Shown here: positions 33,724-44,566 of the stretch, in pieces | Position numbering within the stretch: the first letter of the stretch is position 1 | Layout of the letters: each line of letters starts with the position of its first letter | IMG/VR virus record: IMGVR_UViG_3300036766_000678 | Span: 32,001 to 96,000 of that record | Strand: one strand, 5' to 3' | Length of the DNA: 64,000 bases | Source of the DNA: a virus | Translations under genes and position numbers: made by a program | Notes under the pieces: model-generated | What the model was told of the DNA's origin: nothing | Databases searched by the model: none | Seen by the model: only the letters and a program-made list of their open reading frames with translations

Positions 33724-35700
33724 TTATATTTTTATAATTTTGGTAACGATTGCACTTTTTTGAATAACCGAAGAAGGGTTATTAGTAGCTGTTGTACTTT
33801 GATTTGTAGCTGTTGTAGGCAGATCGTGAAGAAAAGGTCTTGAAGCTGATCCTGATGACCCTGCTCCTACAAAAATAACATCTGGAGTAAGGTTAGTAGT
33901 CCCATAAGGCCAAGAAGCCGCATTTCCTGTTACTATAACTCCAGGCGATCCCCCGACAGGAGAAATATGAGTATGTGCATCTTGAATATGATTATGAGCA
34001 TTTTGAGTAGAAGTAACATCTTCTGCCCCACCAGTATTACCAACAGTATTTCCAAGTGTTCCTGTCCCCGTACCTCCAGAACCTACTGCTACTCGTCGTC
34101 TAAAATCAGGAAGCCTAAAATTACCAGCCCCCTCCCCACCCGTATTCCAAATTGTGCTAATAACTGTAAATAAATTTGGGTAATCTGTTTGAGATTTTAC
34201 ACTACCGTCGCACAGTAAAAATCCAGAAGGACTTGAAGCACCTGCAAAATCTAACATAGCCCCCGTAGGAACTGTAAGAGATTGCCAAGAAGGACTTACT
34301 GGAGCACCATCATAATATTCTGGAGAATTAATATCCAAATTAAACCCGTATTCTCCTGGTATTGGATTTGGAGGTCTTGCCGTTGTGACCCAACGTTGAT
34401 ATCTTTCTGTAGTACTTCCAATCCTTCTTCGTTCAACCAAAGCTGAAAGAGCATTATGCCCTAAAATTCCAACATAAGTATATGTAACTGTGCAAAGCCA
34501 AAGTTTAGTAGCATCATTAGCAACCGCTGCTGTTGTTACAGCAAATGCTTGTGTAATAGAATCCCAATAAACATTATATGTACCAGATGCCGTTGGAAAA
34601 GTTACAGCAGCATCCGCTGGAACTGCACTAAAAATGGAAGTTACATTGTAAGCTGATCCATTAACAATTGCAAATTCCGTAGAAAGCAATTGATGAACAA
34701 GAATATAATCACTAGTAGCAATAATAATATCACATGCCATAGCTGATGTATTAGGATATGAAGCTGGGAATACTCCAGGTACACCAGCAATAATAGCATT
34801 ATTAACATCCGTACTGCTTCCTGGCCCACTACCATTTATTCCATGTTCAATTTGTCGATGTGCATTTACTGTGTCAAACTGGGAAACTCCTAAATCCGCT
34901 AAAGACATATTATGGGGATTGAATGGAGAAATTCCAGTTCCAGTTCCCACACTTTTTATATGGGCCTGGAGCGTGTAAGTAGAAGCAGGTGCATATGTAG
35001 AGGTTCTATCTGAGGCATTAGCTAATGGTGTGGTTATAGGAACGAGATTAGGTAAAATCTGGTAAAAATTTCTCCCTACCTGCGAAATATTAGACGGTGC
35101 AACAGCAGCAACTGGGCCAGTGGGCATAGTAACAGTAGCCAGAAAAATAGAATTGGCATTAGGTGGAACAGGAGGAGCAGGAGAAAGAGAATAGGCAACC
35201 TGAACTGTTTGAATATTATATCCATCCGTTTGTTTGTAAAACTGTTTTCCGTTTGTCTCTTTATTTAAAGTAAAAGCAGAAGTATCAATAGTAGCAAGGT
35301 AATTTATCCAAATATAAGTTATTGTTCCACTATTACCAACAGAAATATTTACTACTCCAGATGACTGGGGTGTACTGATAAATGCACCAAGACCGTCATT
35401 TGTAGTAGCTGTAACATTGGCAGGATTATAAAGAGTAACATCTGAAATATCTATAAAGATTCTATTGCCTAAATTATCTTGTGCTATAGAAGTTCCTGTG
35501 CAATTTACGCTAGGAGTAGCTGATGTATTATTTGTACCTGGAGCAATCAAAAATCCTTCCCCAGAGGAAGTAGCATTGTTAATGCCACTAGAAAAAGTAT
35601 CCCCAATAACATTATTAGTTTTTCCTTCTTGACTAGTTTGCATCCAATCAAATACCTGTTTAATTATTCTTGCTGCATTATTATAAAGTGTTGAGGCCAT
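33724..35700 (-). CDS. tail fibre protein with tail-collar domain
   Basis: PTGAMLDFAG..PSGFLLCDG..YPNLFTVI..FRLPDFR..HNH..HTH. Confidence 0.85.
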   Translation of the reverse strand: MASTLYNNAARIIKQVFDWMQTSQEGKTNNVIGDTFSSGINNATSSGEGFLIAPGTNNTSATPSVNCTGTSIAQDNLGNRIFIDISDVTLYNPANVTATTNDGLGAFISTPQSSGVVNISVGNSGTITYIWINYLATIDTSAFTLNKETNGKQFYKQTDGYNIQTVQVAYSLSPAPPVPPNANSIFLATVTMPTGPVAAVAPSNISQVGRNFYQILPNLVPITTPLANASDRTSTYAPASTYTLQAHIKSVGTGTGISPFNPHNMSLADLGVSQFDTVNAHRQIEHGINGSGPGSSTDVNNAIIAGVPGVFPASYPNTSAMACDIIIATSDYILVHQLLSTEFAIVNGSAYNVTSIFSAVPADAAVTFPTASGTYNVYWDSITQAFAVTTAAVANDATKLWLCTVTYTYVGILGHNALSALVERRRIGSTTERYQRWVTTARPPNPIPGEYGFNLDINSPEYYDGAPVSPSWQSLTVPTGAMLDFAGASSPSGFLLCDGSVKSQTDYPNLFTVISTIWNTGGEGAGNFRLPDFRRRVAVGSGGTGTGTLGNTVGNTGGAEDVTSTQNAHNHIQDAHTHISPVGGSPGVIVTGNAASWPYGTTNLTPDVIFVGAGSSGSASRPFLHDLPTTATNQSTTATNNPSSVIQKSAIVTKIIKI

Positions 35701-35711
35701 ATACTTCTCCT

Positions 35712-37241
35712 TTATTCTTGTACTCTAAAAAAAGTTTTTACTTCGGCTGGTACTAACTGGTTAACTAAAGATTCTACTGTAGGAATATTAACTGTTGCTA
35801 TATGATCACTTTGAGCAGTAATTGAATCAGTTACTGTCATACTGTCTGAAACATCCTGACTAATTGAAAATGAGGGAGTAACTGAATCACTCTGGGTAAC
35901 TGAATCGGACAACGATAAAGTTAAAACAATACTTAAAGGAGAAGGAATATCACTAGACCACGTAGGAGCAATATTAAATGTAATTGTGTTTCCATTTCCA
36001 GTAGAATCATTTAAAATATTCCCAGAACCTTCTTCCATTCTCCAATATGCTATAGGGCAAGCTGAAGGACTTCCTCCCGAAGCAATAATACTGGCATCAA
36101 CAGAAGATAAAATTACATCCCAAATTCGAGTATCATCAACACTTCCATTCCAAGGAAAACCTTGTGCATTACTAAAAGCTAATGGGGCTGCATTAGAAAG
36201 ATTTCCGCCTGGTGAGCCATATACAACTGTAGTAACATCTATTCCATCTAAATATAGTTTAGACCCTAAAACGCTATCATAAGTAGCCACTATATTATGC
36301 CACAACCCATCAACTACAGAACTTGGGGTTTTAACAATGTAATCTGACCCACCTGCACGAATAGTAAGAGCTAAAACATTTCCAAAACTATTAATTAAAG
36401 CTAAACCCCATCCAGGAGATGCTATAGAATTTATATTTGCTGTTTTCCATATTAATGTATCATAATTTGATACATTAATACTAGTTTTAAACCAAGAACT
36501 AACAGAAAACCTATTTAAATTATCTGCTAAAGTACTGTTGCTATTTGTTCCAATTTGTGTACCATTCTCGCTAATAGAATAAGCAGAACCAGCAGTTCCA
36601 CTACAATCAGAGGCAGATAAAAATATAGCCCCAGTAGATGAAAATCCAGAACATCCTCCAACGGATAGCCAATGAGCTTGTTGTGTACTTACAGGTGGAT
36701 TTATATAATAAGCATCTGCACAAGCAGGGGCAGGAATTCCAACAAAAGAAGTTCCTAACCAAGGAGAAAGAACTGTATCATAAATCTCAACATTAAAACT
36801 TTCCACAAAAGATACTAACAATTCACTTGTTGTAGAAGGGGTAAGTATAGGCCCGTTATGTGGGGGAACATGACAACCATTAGAATCCTCTGAATTAAAA
36901 ACTGCAATATCCAAAGGATCTGAAGTAGACAAAACTCCAGAAAATTCCTGAACTGAAACCACAAGATGACTACTATTTATAGAAACTGTTACAGATGTAG
37001 CCCCACTTAAGGAATTATAGGCATACCAAATTTGAACCGCTCCCCCTTGGAAGTTAACTCCGCTACCACCAGAAGCCAAATAATAAGTATTACCCGCATT
37101 GTCTGTTACTGTAGTAACAGTAGAAATTAGGGAACCAAACATTACAACAATAAGATTTCCACTTCCCGTAGCTGAAATAGGAACAGAGGTGATGGAACCT
37201 AAAGTCCTATTATTGCCTTCTTGTACAAAAGTGATAGCCAT
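35712..37241 (-). CDS. virion protein with LamG/concanavalin-A-like domain
   Basis: FSVSSWFKT..WHNIVATYD..KLYLDG..GSVDDTRIWD..YWRMEEGSG. Confidence 0.75.
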   Translation of the reverse strand: MAITFVQEGNNRTLGSITSVPISATGSGNLIVVMFGSLISTVTTVTDNAGNTYYLASGGSGVNFQGGAVQIWYAYNSLSGATSVTVSINSSHLVVSVQEFSGVLSTSDPLDIAVFNSEDSNGCHVPPHNGPILTPSTTSELLVSFVESFNVEIYDTVLSPWLGTSFVGIPAPACADAYYINPPVSTQQAHWLSVGGCSGFSSTGAIFLSASDCSGTAGSAYSISENGTQIGTNSNSTLADNLNRFSVSSWFKTSINVSNYDTLIWKTANINSIASPGWGLALINSFGNVLALTIRAGGSDYIVKTPSSVVDGLWHNIVATYDSVLGSKLYLDGIDVTTVVYGSPGGNLSNAAPLAFSNAQGFPWNGSVDDTRIWDVILSSVDASIIASGGSPSACPIAYWRMEEGSGNILNDSTGNGNTITFNIAPTWSSDIPSPLSIVLTLSLSDSVTQSDSVTPSFSISQDVSDSMTVTDSITAQSDHIATVNIPTVESLVNQLVPAEVKTFFRVQE

Positions 37242-37266
37242 AAATTATTCTCTATTTAACTCTTAA

Positions 37267-37749
37267 CTAAAATGTGATTTGCCACGTAAGTACGAAAGTA
37301 TTACCAGAACCTTTATTTAATGCTCCAAAAGTATTACGAGCAAACATTGTTCCTGCTGGAGTAGGAGAAGTCCAATCTGTAGAAAATAATCCTGCTTCAG
37401 TAATAGCTCCGGTATCAACACCAGGACCAAAAGTTGCAACGTTTTGCCAAATATTAGTAGAACCTGGAGTTGTAAGAATTCCTTGAACTCTAGTAACAAG
37501 TGGTACTTCTAGATCTGTATTTCCAATTACAGGGGCTGTCCCACCTGTTCCCAATCCAACCCAAGACATAAATTTAGTAGATTGGGTAGTGGCAGTAAGC
37601 CAAGAAGCTAAGAAAACTGGACCCACCGTGACCACAAGGTTAGAATCTGTATGATCATAAATAAGAATACCTTTTTCATCAAAAAGTTGTTTACGAACAG
37701 ATCCTGTTATTCCTTTAAGACTATCATGTTGTATACTTTTTTCTATCAT
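37267..37749 (-). CDS. baseplate/tail-fibre attachment structural protein
   Basis: NLVVTVG..VGLGTGGT..ITEAGLF..MFAR..NK pattern; context. Confidence 0.6.
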   Translation of the reverse strand: MIEKSIQHDSLKGITGSVRKQLFDEKGILIYDHTDSNLVVTVGPVFLASWLTATTQSTKFMSWVGLGTGGTAPVIGNTDLEVPLVTRVQGILTTPGSTNIWQNVATFGPGVDTGAITEAGLFSTDWTSPTPAGTMFARNTFGALNKGSGNTFVLTWQITF

Positions 37750-37776
37750 AGTAATTCTCCTAATTTATACTAATAT

Positions 37777-39186
37777 TTATGCGAGGACGAAGGCTCCAGG
37801 ATTAAAAATTGTGATAAGAATGCCAGCTTTAAGTGTAGAGCGATCAAATAGGACAGGTGGAGGTAAGGAAATATCTGTGTACAACAACCGATAAGCAATA
37901 TTAACTTCAGTTGGGCCGTTCCATGGTAATAGTAAATGGGCTTGAGTGTCACTCGTTATTTGATCAATTGTTCCTATGTAAATTCCATTCAAATCTGTAA
38001 TTTGATCTCCAACCACAAGTTCAGTTAAAAATAATGTCCCACTTCCCCCAATATCATTGCTACCATTATTAAATGTTACATTTCCAGTTAATAATGTTAC
38101 ACCATCTAAAGCATCGAAGACTACTGGAAAAGGGTCATTTGGATTTCCCACATCAAATGTGGCTTGTAACGTATCAGTCGTAGCCACATTCATTGTCCAA
38201 ATTCCTAACGGCCCATCTGTTGTATAAGCACTTGTAGGGACTAATAATCCTGTTGTAATATCTTCTACTACTAATGTTGCATCAATATAAGGTTCTGAAG
38301 TATTAAATACTGTTTGTGGTCCACTTGGAACAATCGGGTCATCTTGAATTGTAATTAAAAAGAAATCTTCTAAATCACGAATATTTGTGATTGCAGGAGG
38401 AACACCAGTAAAAGATTGCACTGTTAATATAATAGCTTCATTTGTACTACCTACCAAAGAAGCTAGGAAGAGATTCATCAAAATCCAACGATAATCTACA
38501 AACTGTAAAGTATTAGGCTTTGGAAAATTAAATAATACCCCAAAATTTTGCTGAAGAAATTCATCTCTACACATATCTACATAATTATCTGTTTGAGTAA
38601 GAAAATTCTCATAAAATACTTTATCTAACTGGTTTCCATACATATCTTCTACGACATACAAATTTGAATTTCGTTGAGCTACTGGTAACAGAAGATCACC
38701 TTTACCATACACATGAGCATCAGGCAAAGAATTCATTAAATTCTCTGCATACTGTTGTTCAACTTTTTGCGGTATAGTCCAAATTAATGTTTGAGACCAA
38801 TCCGATTGAAAAGAACCAGTATGGGTTCTAACTCTAGCATACCAAACTTGTTCTATCCCATCTATACGAGCGGCCACAGGAACTGTAAATCCTTTTCTAA
38901 CATTACCATTTTGAAAAGTAATTGGAGGAGTTCCCACAAAGTTAGAAAAAACAACATCATTTGGGGAAATAAAAGCTGGATCAGTGTCAAGTTCTAGGTC
39001 AAAGGTTGCTGCAATTAATGCTGGAGTAATAAATGACGGGTCAAAACCAAACCAGAATGTATAAATTCCATCTAGAGTATTTCTATAAAAACGAAGATCT
39101 AAAGGAATACCTTGTGCTGCTGCTGTAGTAGCACCACTATAAAAATTTCCACTCGAATAAAATATCCCACTTCCAAAAAATACCAT
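37777..39186 (-). CDS. baseplate wedge-type protein
   Basis: LMNSLPD..LQQNFGVLF..YRWIL..GSTNEAI; context. Confidence 0.55.
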   Translation of the reverse strand: MVFFGSGIFYSSGNFYSGATTAAAQGIPLDLRFYRNTLDGIYTFWFGFDPSFITPALIAATFDLELDTDPAFISPNDVVFSNFVGTPPITFQNGNVRKGFTVPVAARIDGIEQVWYARVRTHTGSFQSDWSQTLIWTIPQKVEQQYAENLMNSLPDAHVYGKGDLLLPVAQRNSNLYVVEDMYGNQLDKVFYENFLTQTDNYVDMCRDEFLQQNFGVLFNFPKPNTLQFVDYRWILMNLFLASLVGSTNEAIILTVQSFTGVPPAITNIRDLEDFFLITIQDDPIVPSGPQTVFNTSEPYIDATLVVEDITTGLLVPTSAYTTDGPLGIWTMNVATTDTLQATFDVGNPNDPFPVVFDALDGVTLLTGNVTFNNGSNDIGGSGTLFLTELVVGDQITDLNGIYIGTIDQITSDTQAHLLLPWNGPTEVNIAYRLLYTDISLPPPVLFDRSTLKAGILITIFNPGAFVLA

Positions 39187-39689
39187 TAGAGTAATCCTCT
39201 ATTTTTAGAGATTTTTCTATTCCATTTTCTTAATATGTCGCCACTTCTCTTTTTTGCTTCGGGGGTATTCATTCTAATTTTAACAATTTTACTCATTATT
39301 TTTTTATATTTTTTACCCTTTGTACTTTTCCAAAATTTTCTTTTTGCTTTTCTAGATTTAAGACTCCATTGTAATCCCAATCGACTATTAGCTTTGGGAC
39401 AAATATTATATCCTTTCATAAGGTCATAACTCTTATAGTAATCCATCCAATATTGTTCTTTTTTCTCTAATTTTTTCTTAGTTGGATTTTTAATTACTTC
39501 TATTATTTCAAATTCAAATTTATTTTCACCATACTTATTCCATGCCCTCTGAAGAAGAATAGAATGATGATAATTTCCGCGTAATTCTTTTTTATGATCT
39601 AGCCATCTTTTTATAAAATTTATGGCAGACCCAACATAGACCTTACCACTTTTAATGTGTCTAATTTTATAAATACCACTCTGTATCAT
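39186..39689 (-). CDS. GIY-YIG homing endonuclease
   Basis: SGIYKI..VYVGSA..RW..H..LQRAWNKYG..FEFEIIE..EQYW..GYN. Confidence 0.92.
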   Translation of the reverse strand: MIQSGIYKIRHIKSGKVYVGSAINFIKRWLDHKKELRGNYHHSILLQRAWNKYGENKFEFEIIEVIKNPTKKKLEKKEQYWMDYYKSYDLMKGYNICPKANSRLGLQWSLKSRKAKRKFWKSTKGKKYKKIMSKIVKIRMNTPEAKKRSGDILRKWNRKISKNRGLL

Positions 39690-39707
39690 TATTATTTACC
39701 TTTATTT

Positions 39708-41888
39708 TTAACCAAGAATATTCCAAGATGTTCCGTCATAGCCGACAAACTGAGAAGTATTAGAATTAAAAATGATCATTCCTGCTACAGGTGTCAAAGC
39801 ATTCTGTTGTGTTGTATCAAGAGAAGGAAGAACAATCGCCCCATCTGTAATTCCATAATTCAGATATAAACTACCTGAATTAGTTGTGAGATTTACTTCA
39901 GAAATATTCGTAAACCCATGGACAGTGGTATCTAAACGATCAACAATTAAATAATGATCTGCAACTACCTCATTTTCTGCCCTTGCTTGAATCATAACAT
40001 TTGTATTACTTGACATTCGAATACTTGCATCTGTAGTGGTATTATCCCCCGCAGTAAGACGAAGCATGTGTGGAGATTGGAGTTCTACATCCATCTCCAA
40101 ATTTCCACCTGTGATAAAGCGCGTCTTTAAAGTTCCTGCTACATTATATCCACTATCAAAGAAAATACCTGAATAAGATGAAACTACTGCAACACCTTCT
40201 GACGGATCTTGATGCCCTTTGACAACTACTGAAGATCCATTATCTCTAAATCCCTGAACTTTTCCATTAACAAGAAGTCCTTGAGAGGGAGTTGTATTAG
40301 TAATAACTAAAGCATCTGTTGATGGGGTAGTATTAGTAATTGTTTCATTTCCATCAATTGCAGAAGTTCCAGATAAAAATAAATTCTTCCAGCGTTTTGG
40401 AGCAGATCCCAAATTAATACTGTTATCAGATCCTGGAAGAAGTGAAGTATTAATAGCAACAGCAGAAAGATTGCTCAAAGCTTGATTTGCACCAATACTT
40501 CCAGTGTCAAATTCAGTCCATATAGGAGAAGCTTTAGTTCCAGTATTAGAATACAATGCACCAGAAGTGGTATTCATATATAATGAACCAATTTCGGCAA
40601 ATGTGGCCCCAGTTACTGCATTAGTTGGAATACCAGACCCATTCAAAATACAAACTTCATGGTCCATACGAATAGCAGCATTCTTAATTGATAGTTCTAG
40701 ATACCCATTATGGGCTGCACCAAATAAATCCAATCCATAAGTAAATCCACTACCTGATTGTGAATTATTCTGCATTGCCTTAAATGCCGCATTAGCTAAA
40801 GTAACACTACTATCTCCATCAATATACGCAACAACAGCACCATCAGACTCAGTTACACCATCTGTAATCTGAGCAAGAACAGCTCCTTTAGGGTAAGTAG
40901 TTGCTTTAACCCCAGTGACACTATCAGCACCAATGACACCACCAATATAGTTAGAAATTCTAGTAAGTGAGGACCCATGGACATTGCCCATAATAGAAGC
41001 TAAATATTTAGGATTAGTAGATGTATTACTACCTGCGCCAGCACTTAACGTTTCATCACTGGCAATACCTTGATTAGACCCAGAACCAGAATATGTTTCA
41101 GATTGTGTAAGTGAACCTGTTAAAATAAGAGAAACAAAAGTAGGACTAGAGGTGATATTAATATCTTGTGGGGTAGAGAGAGTTATAGCTCCAACACTTG
41201 AACTTGCAATAATTTGATTAGTAGTTCCAGTAATAGATGTAACTGCTCCAGCACCAGTCGCAATTACATTTCCTTTCCATCTAAGATCATCACTACCATC
41301 CGAATCAAGTACATCGTCACCACTACCTGCAAAATTCCTCCAGGCAATAACATCTGTATGTGCCAGTCGTAATACTCCAGTACTTGCAGGAGAGGCTGAA
41401 GCTGTAATAAAATCTGCCGCTTTTGTTTCTCTTATAGCAGTAACATCTCTTGGAAATATAAAATCGTCTGTACCTGTATTGCTTATACTTGCTGGTTTAA
41501 CAATATTGTTAGAAAGAGAACCATTATAATTTAAAGCGACACCCACAGGTCCTTGAAGTTCATTTACATCCTCTGCGGCAAATTCTGAACCTAAACCATT
41601 ATACGATACCAAAATAGCATTTCCATCTTGTGATACATTAAATGTAATAACACCTGTTAAATAATTAACAAGAAACTGTGTTCCCGTTGGGGAACCAACT
41701 GTAATTTCATTATATCCAGGAATTGATACTATAGGAAGAAGTGGGGAGGGTGCTTCAGGAGTTTCAACAAGACGGATAAGTCCAGGGGTCACAACAGCAA
41801 CACCTGTGATTCCGACTACATGACTTTCTGACACAATAGCTTGTGCAATTAAACGCTTATTTACTTTATCAACAAATGGGATGCTCAT
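39708..41888 (-). CDS. modular virion/fibre protein sharing a ~200-aa module with the 62835 gene
   Basis: Gly/Ser/Thr-rich beta modules; duplicated segment. Confidence 0.7.
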   Translation of the reverse strand: MSIPFVDKVNKRLIAQAIVSESHVVGITGVAVVTPGLIRLVETPEAPSPLLPIVSIPGYNEITVGSPTGTQFLVNYLTGVITFNVSQDGNAILVSYNGLGSEFAAEDVNELQGPVGVALNYNGSLSNNIVKPASISNTGTDDFIFPRDVTAIRETKAADFITASASPASTGVLRLAHTDVIAWRNFAGSGDDVLDSDGSDDLRWKGNVIATGAGAVTSITGTTNQIIASSSVGAITLSTPQDINITSSPTFVSLILTGSLTQSETYSGSGSNQGIASDETLSAGAGSNTSTNPKYLASIMGNVHGSSLTRISNYIGGVIGADSVTGVKATTYPKGAVLAQITDGVTESDGAVVAYIDGDSSVTLANAAFKAMQNNSQSGSGFTYGLDLFGAAHNGYLELSIKNAAIRMDHEVCILNGSGIPTNAVTGATFAEIGSLYMNTTSGALYSNTGTKASPIWTEFDTGSIGANQALSNLSAVAINTSLLPGSDNSINLGSAPKRWKNLFLSGTSAIDGNETITNTTPSTDALVITNTTPSQGLLVNGKVQGFRDNGSSVVVKGHQDPSEGVAVVSSYSGIFFDSGYNVAGTLKTRFITGGNLEMDVELQSPHMLRLTAGDNTTTDASIRMSSNTNVMIQARAENEVVADHYLIVDRLDTTVHGFTNISEVNLTTNSGSLYLNYGITDGAIVLPSLDTTQQNALTPVAGMIIFNSNTSQFVGYDGTSWNILG
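40509..41109. repeat. ~600-bp dispersed direct repeat, copy 1 (copy 2 about 63108..63710)
   Basis: Near-identical peptides; identical DNA islands of about 50 and 38 nt (e.g. 40699..40749). Confidence 0.9.
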
Positions 41889-41903
41889 ATTTTTATCCTC
41901 TTA

Positions 41904-43382
41904 TTATGCTACTGAAATTGCTAATGTGCCTGGAGTGGTATAGGCTAATTTTCCGATTATTAGGCGTTGCGACGGTGGAATAGTGGTAGTGGTTGCCCCA
42001 ATAGTGGATGAAACAGTGAGTGAGTCAATTAGTACGGCATCAACTCCAGGCACCAACTCCTCGATCACGACCACATCACTTAAATCAATGACCGCGCCAA
42101 GTCCAAGTCCATTAATATATAGGCTGAGCGCAGTCTGTACATCTGTGACTACATTAGCGGAAATAAATCCTGGCAATACTAAAATTGAATTCGTAACCGA
42201 AATGAACGCTTCTAAAGCCTCTTTTACAAGTATGTCTGAAGCAACAATATGATTAGAATCATTATTAAAAAGGGCTTGAAGTGTCTCAATCAAACTATCA
42301 TATGTATAAGAAATTGTAATAACTGTATTATTATCTGGATTAGTACCTGCTGGAATCCATTCAATATAACTAGCTGCATCTGTACTACCTGCAAATAAAG
42401 TGTTTGGATTCTCCACAAAATTATAATCTACGGTTGGAGTAAAAACATGACCAGAAACACTTGCCACTACACCAGTAACAGATCCAACTGATAAGGCAGG
42501 TTGATGATTTAATATAAAAGATTGTGATCCTGTTGTTGAATACATTGGAGTATCAGAAACCGTTGTTAAAATTTGACCCTTAATATAAACATCGACAGAC
42601 CCACCAAATTGATCTCGTTGCATTTCAGGATCATTGGGGCCAACTACAATAGCTTGTTGCACACTTGGGTTTGTATTTACTAAAGAGATAATTCCATTAG
42701 GAGTACCAACATTGTTACCCTCCAGTTTAATCTGTATACGTGCTGCAAAGGCTGTGTTACTTTCAATGTCAGTGCCTCCTGTGGTGGAGACCGTGTTTAT
42801 TACACTGTCAATACCAGGAACAGAAGATACAAGAGAAGTAATTGTCTGTGCTCCAACGTTGCCCACAATTCCGATTGTTTGACACGATATTGTAGTTGAC
42901 TGTTCATAAAAACCTGAAACTGGGTTAAAGTAGCTGGGCGCGAGAGAAGGAGTAAATGTTACTCCTGCTGTAGTAGCAAAACTAACAGCGGGAGATTGCG
43001 AAGTTGCTAAAGTAGAAACTGTTGTTCCAGCATTAACGTTAATAATTGGGCTACTGGTAGTATATGTTCTAATTCGGAATGTAATATTTCCAACAGAAGC
43101 ACTTCCTGAATTTCTGGTCAATCCATAATTAAGTGCTAGGTTGTCCAAATCTGAGGGTGTAAGAATTGCTGCGTTAACAGCGAAACTTTGGACATCCTGA
43201 GTATATTGAATTGACGAAAAAACTGACTGAGAAGTTCCATCTTGTGCCGATAACTGATTGGCAACAGTGCTACAAATTACGTCCGAAACAACACTCCCAG
43301 AATTTGTTGCAATATTTGGACGCTTAGTTTGCAAAAATGAAAGCATCGAATTTAAAATTTGCGAAAATGTTGGAAGTGCCAT
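41904..43382 (-). CDS. baseplate J-like protein
   Basis: LDNLALNYGLTR..SVGNITF..GGTDIESNTAFAARI..AIVVG. Confidence 0.85.
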   Translation of the reverse strand: MALPTFSQILNSMLSFLQTKRPNIATNSGSVVSDVICSTVANQLSAQDGTSQSVFSSIQYTQDVQSFAVNAAILTPSDLDNLALNYGLTRNSGSASVGNITFRIRTYTTSSPIINVNAGTTVSTLATSQSPAVSFATTAGVTFTPSLAPSYFNPVSGFYEQSTTISCQTIGIVGNVGAQTITSLVSSVPGIDSVINTVSTTGGTDIESNTAFAARIQIKLEGNNVGTPNGIISLVNTNPSVQQAIVVGPNDPEMQRDQFGGSVDVYIKGQILTTVSDTPMYSTTGSQSFILNHQPALSVGSVTGVVASVSGHVFTPTVDYNFVENPNTLFAGSTDAASYIEWIPAGTNPDNNTVITISYTYDSLIETLQALFNNDSNHIVASDILVKEALEAFISVTNSILVLPGFISANVVTDVQTALSLYINGLGLGAVIDLSDVVVIEELVPGVDAVLIDSLTVSSTIGATTTTIPPSQRLIIGKLAYTTPGTLAISVA

Positions 43383-43392
43383 AATATTATCC

Positions 43393-43869
43393 TTAAATGT
43401 TTCCTATTTCTATACCTGTTGTGATTTCTTGCCCTGAAGCACTTATAATTGTTAACAATGAACTAATACTAGTTAACCCCGAAATGTTCGTACTTAACGA
43501 ATGGAGTGTCTGTACAATCTCAGCAGGATTTGATCTATTTTGGGTAAGAAGGAAAAGTATCTGAAGGGCAGTTGTTATTTGATCTTGTACTGTTGCAGAT
43601 AACGTGTTTGGATTTAATTTATTGCCTATTAATACCTGTAAAGTTGTGCCATATAAAGGAAATAAAATATTAGCCCCCTGTTCTGTAAGGAGCACCTTCT
43701 GGACATCTTGTGTAGTTTCTTCAAGACCTGTTACTAAACTAAAATCTTGGTTTGGCCCTATTTGAAGATCATTTGTTCCTTCTCCAAAAAAGCTCTGGAT
43801 TCCAGGCAACGGCTGTGGAAAGTTTGGCCCCACAGGATTTGTTAATGTTATAAGTTGTAAGTCACTCAT
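43393..43869 (-). CDS. gp25/GPW-like baseplate wedge protein
   Basis: DVQKVLLTEQG..FPLYGTTLQVLIG; adjacent to baseplate J. Confidence 0.7.
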   Translation of the reverse strand: MSDLQLITLTNPVGPNFPQPLPGIQSFFGEGTNDLQIGPNQDFSLVTGLEETTQDVQKVLLTEQGANILFPLYGTTLQVLIGNKLNPNTLSATVQDQITTALQILFLLTQNRSNPAEIVQTLHSLSTNISGLTSISSLLTIISASGQEITTGIEIGNI

Positions 43870-44555
43870 TTTTTCCTCTTCTTTTTATCTTTTAATCTAA
43901 ATTTTTCTAAAAGCTTACCGTACCATTCTGAAACTTCTAGTAAATCACAACTATTACTTTTTGAAAAATTATCATGAGGAATCAAATATTGAAGATTCCA
44001 TGATACATGTAAACCAGAAATTTCATCCCCAAGTAAAGGAATATAATGATCTCCTTGCATTCCATCTGGTTTATTTATATAAAATTCATTTATTTTATTC
44101 CAATCTGTCCAAGCTACAACTCTAAGTTGCCTATTTGTTTCAGATTTTATTTTAGTTGCCTTAACTGATTCAGGATGCTTTTTTCTCCATTTTCGAACCT
44201 TTTCATTTACATGTTCTTGATGTTCCTGAACCCATTCTTTAGATCTTTTTAAACATTCTTCTCTATGACTCTTATAATAATCTCTATTCTTTTTATTAAT
44301 TTCATCTCTATGTTCTTCAATATATTCATGTTGTTGTTCGAGTATTTGGTCTCTTTTTGCCTCATATCTTTCTTTACCATATGCTATAATTTCTTTTTGA
44401 TGCTTTTCTTTATATTCTTGTTGTAATTCTCGGTTACATTCAGTACACATACCATTTTTAACTCTACCAACTATAAAGGTATCATGGCCATGCACACAAA
44501 ATTGTTTCAGAGGATTTTTACTTCCTTTTGGCCTACCTACTTTCTTTCTAGTCAC
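43866..44555 (-). CDS. HNH homing endonuclease with zinc-finger module
   Basis: FCVHGH..GR..CTEC; GDHYIPLLGDEISGLHVSWNLQYL..DNFSKSN; related to 31546..32064. Confidence 0.85.
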   Translation of the reverse strand: MTRKKVGRPKGSKNPLKQFCVHGHDTFIVGRVKNGMCTECNRELQQEYKEKHQKEIIAYGKERYEAKRDQILEQQHEYIEEHRDEINKKNRDYYKSHREECLKRSKEWVQEHQEHVNEKVRKWRKKHPESVKATKIKSETNRQLRVVAWTDWNKINEFYINKPDGMQGDHYIPLLGDEISGLHVSWNLQYLIPHDNFSKSNSCDLLEVSEWYGKLLEKFRLKDKKKRKK

Positions 44556-44566
44556 TTACTTTCTCC

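Noticed and set aside
39186-39689. GIY-YIG/HNH genes as group I intron ORFs splitting structural genes
   Set aside because: Flanking genes have their own starts and stops, and spacers are too short for an intron core; no P-element pairings seen (not computationally excluded)
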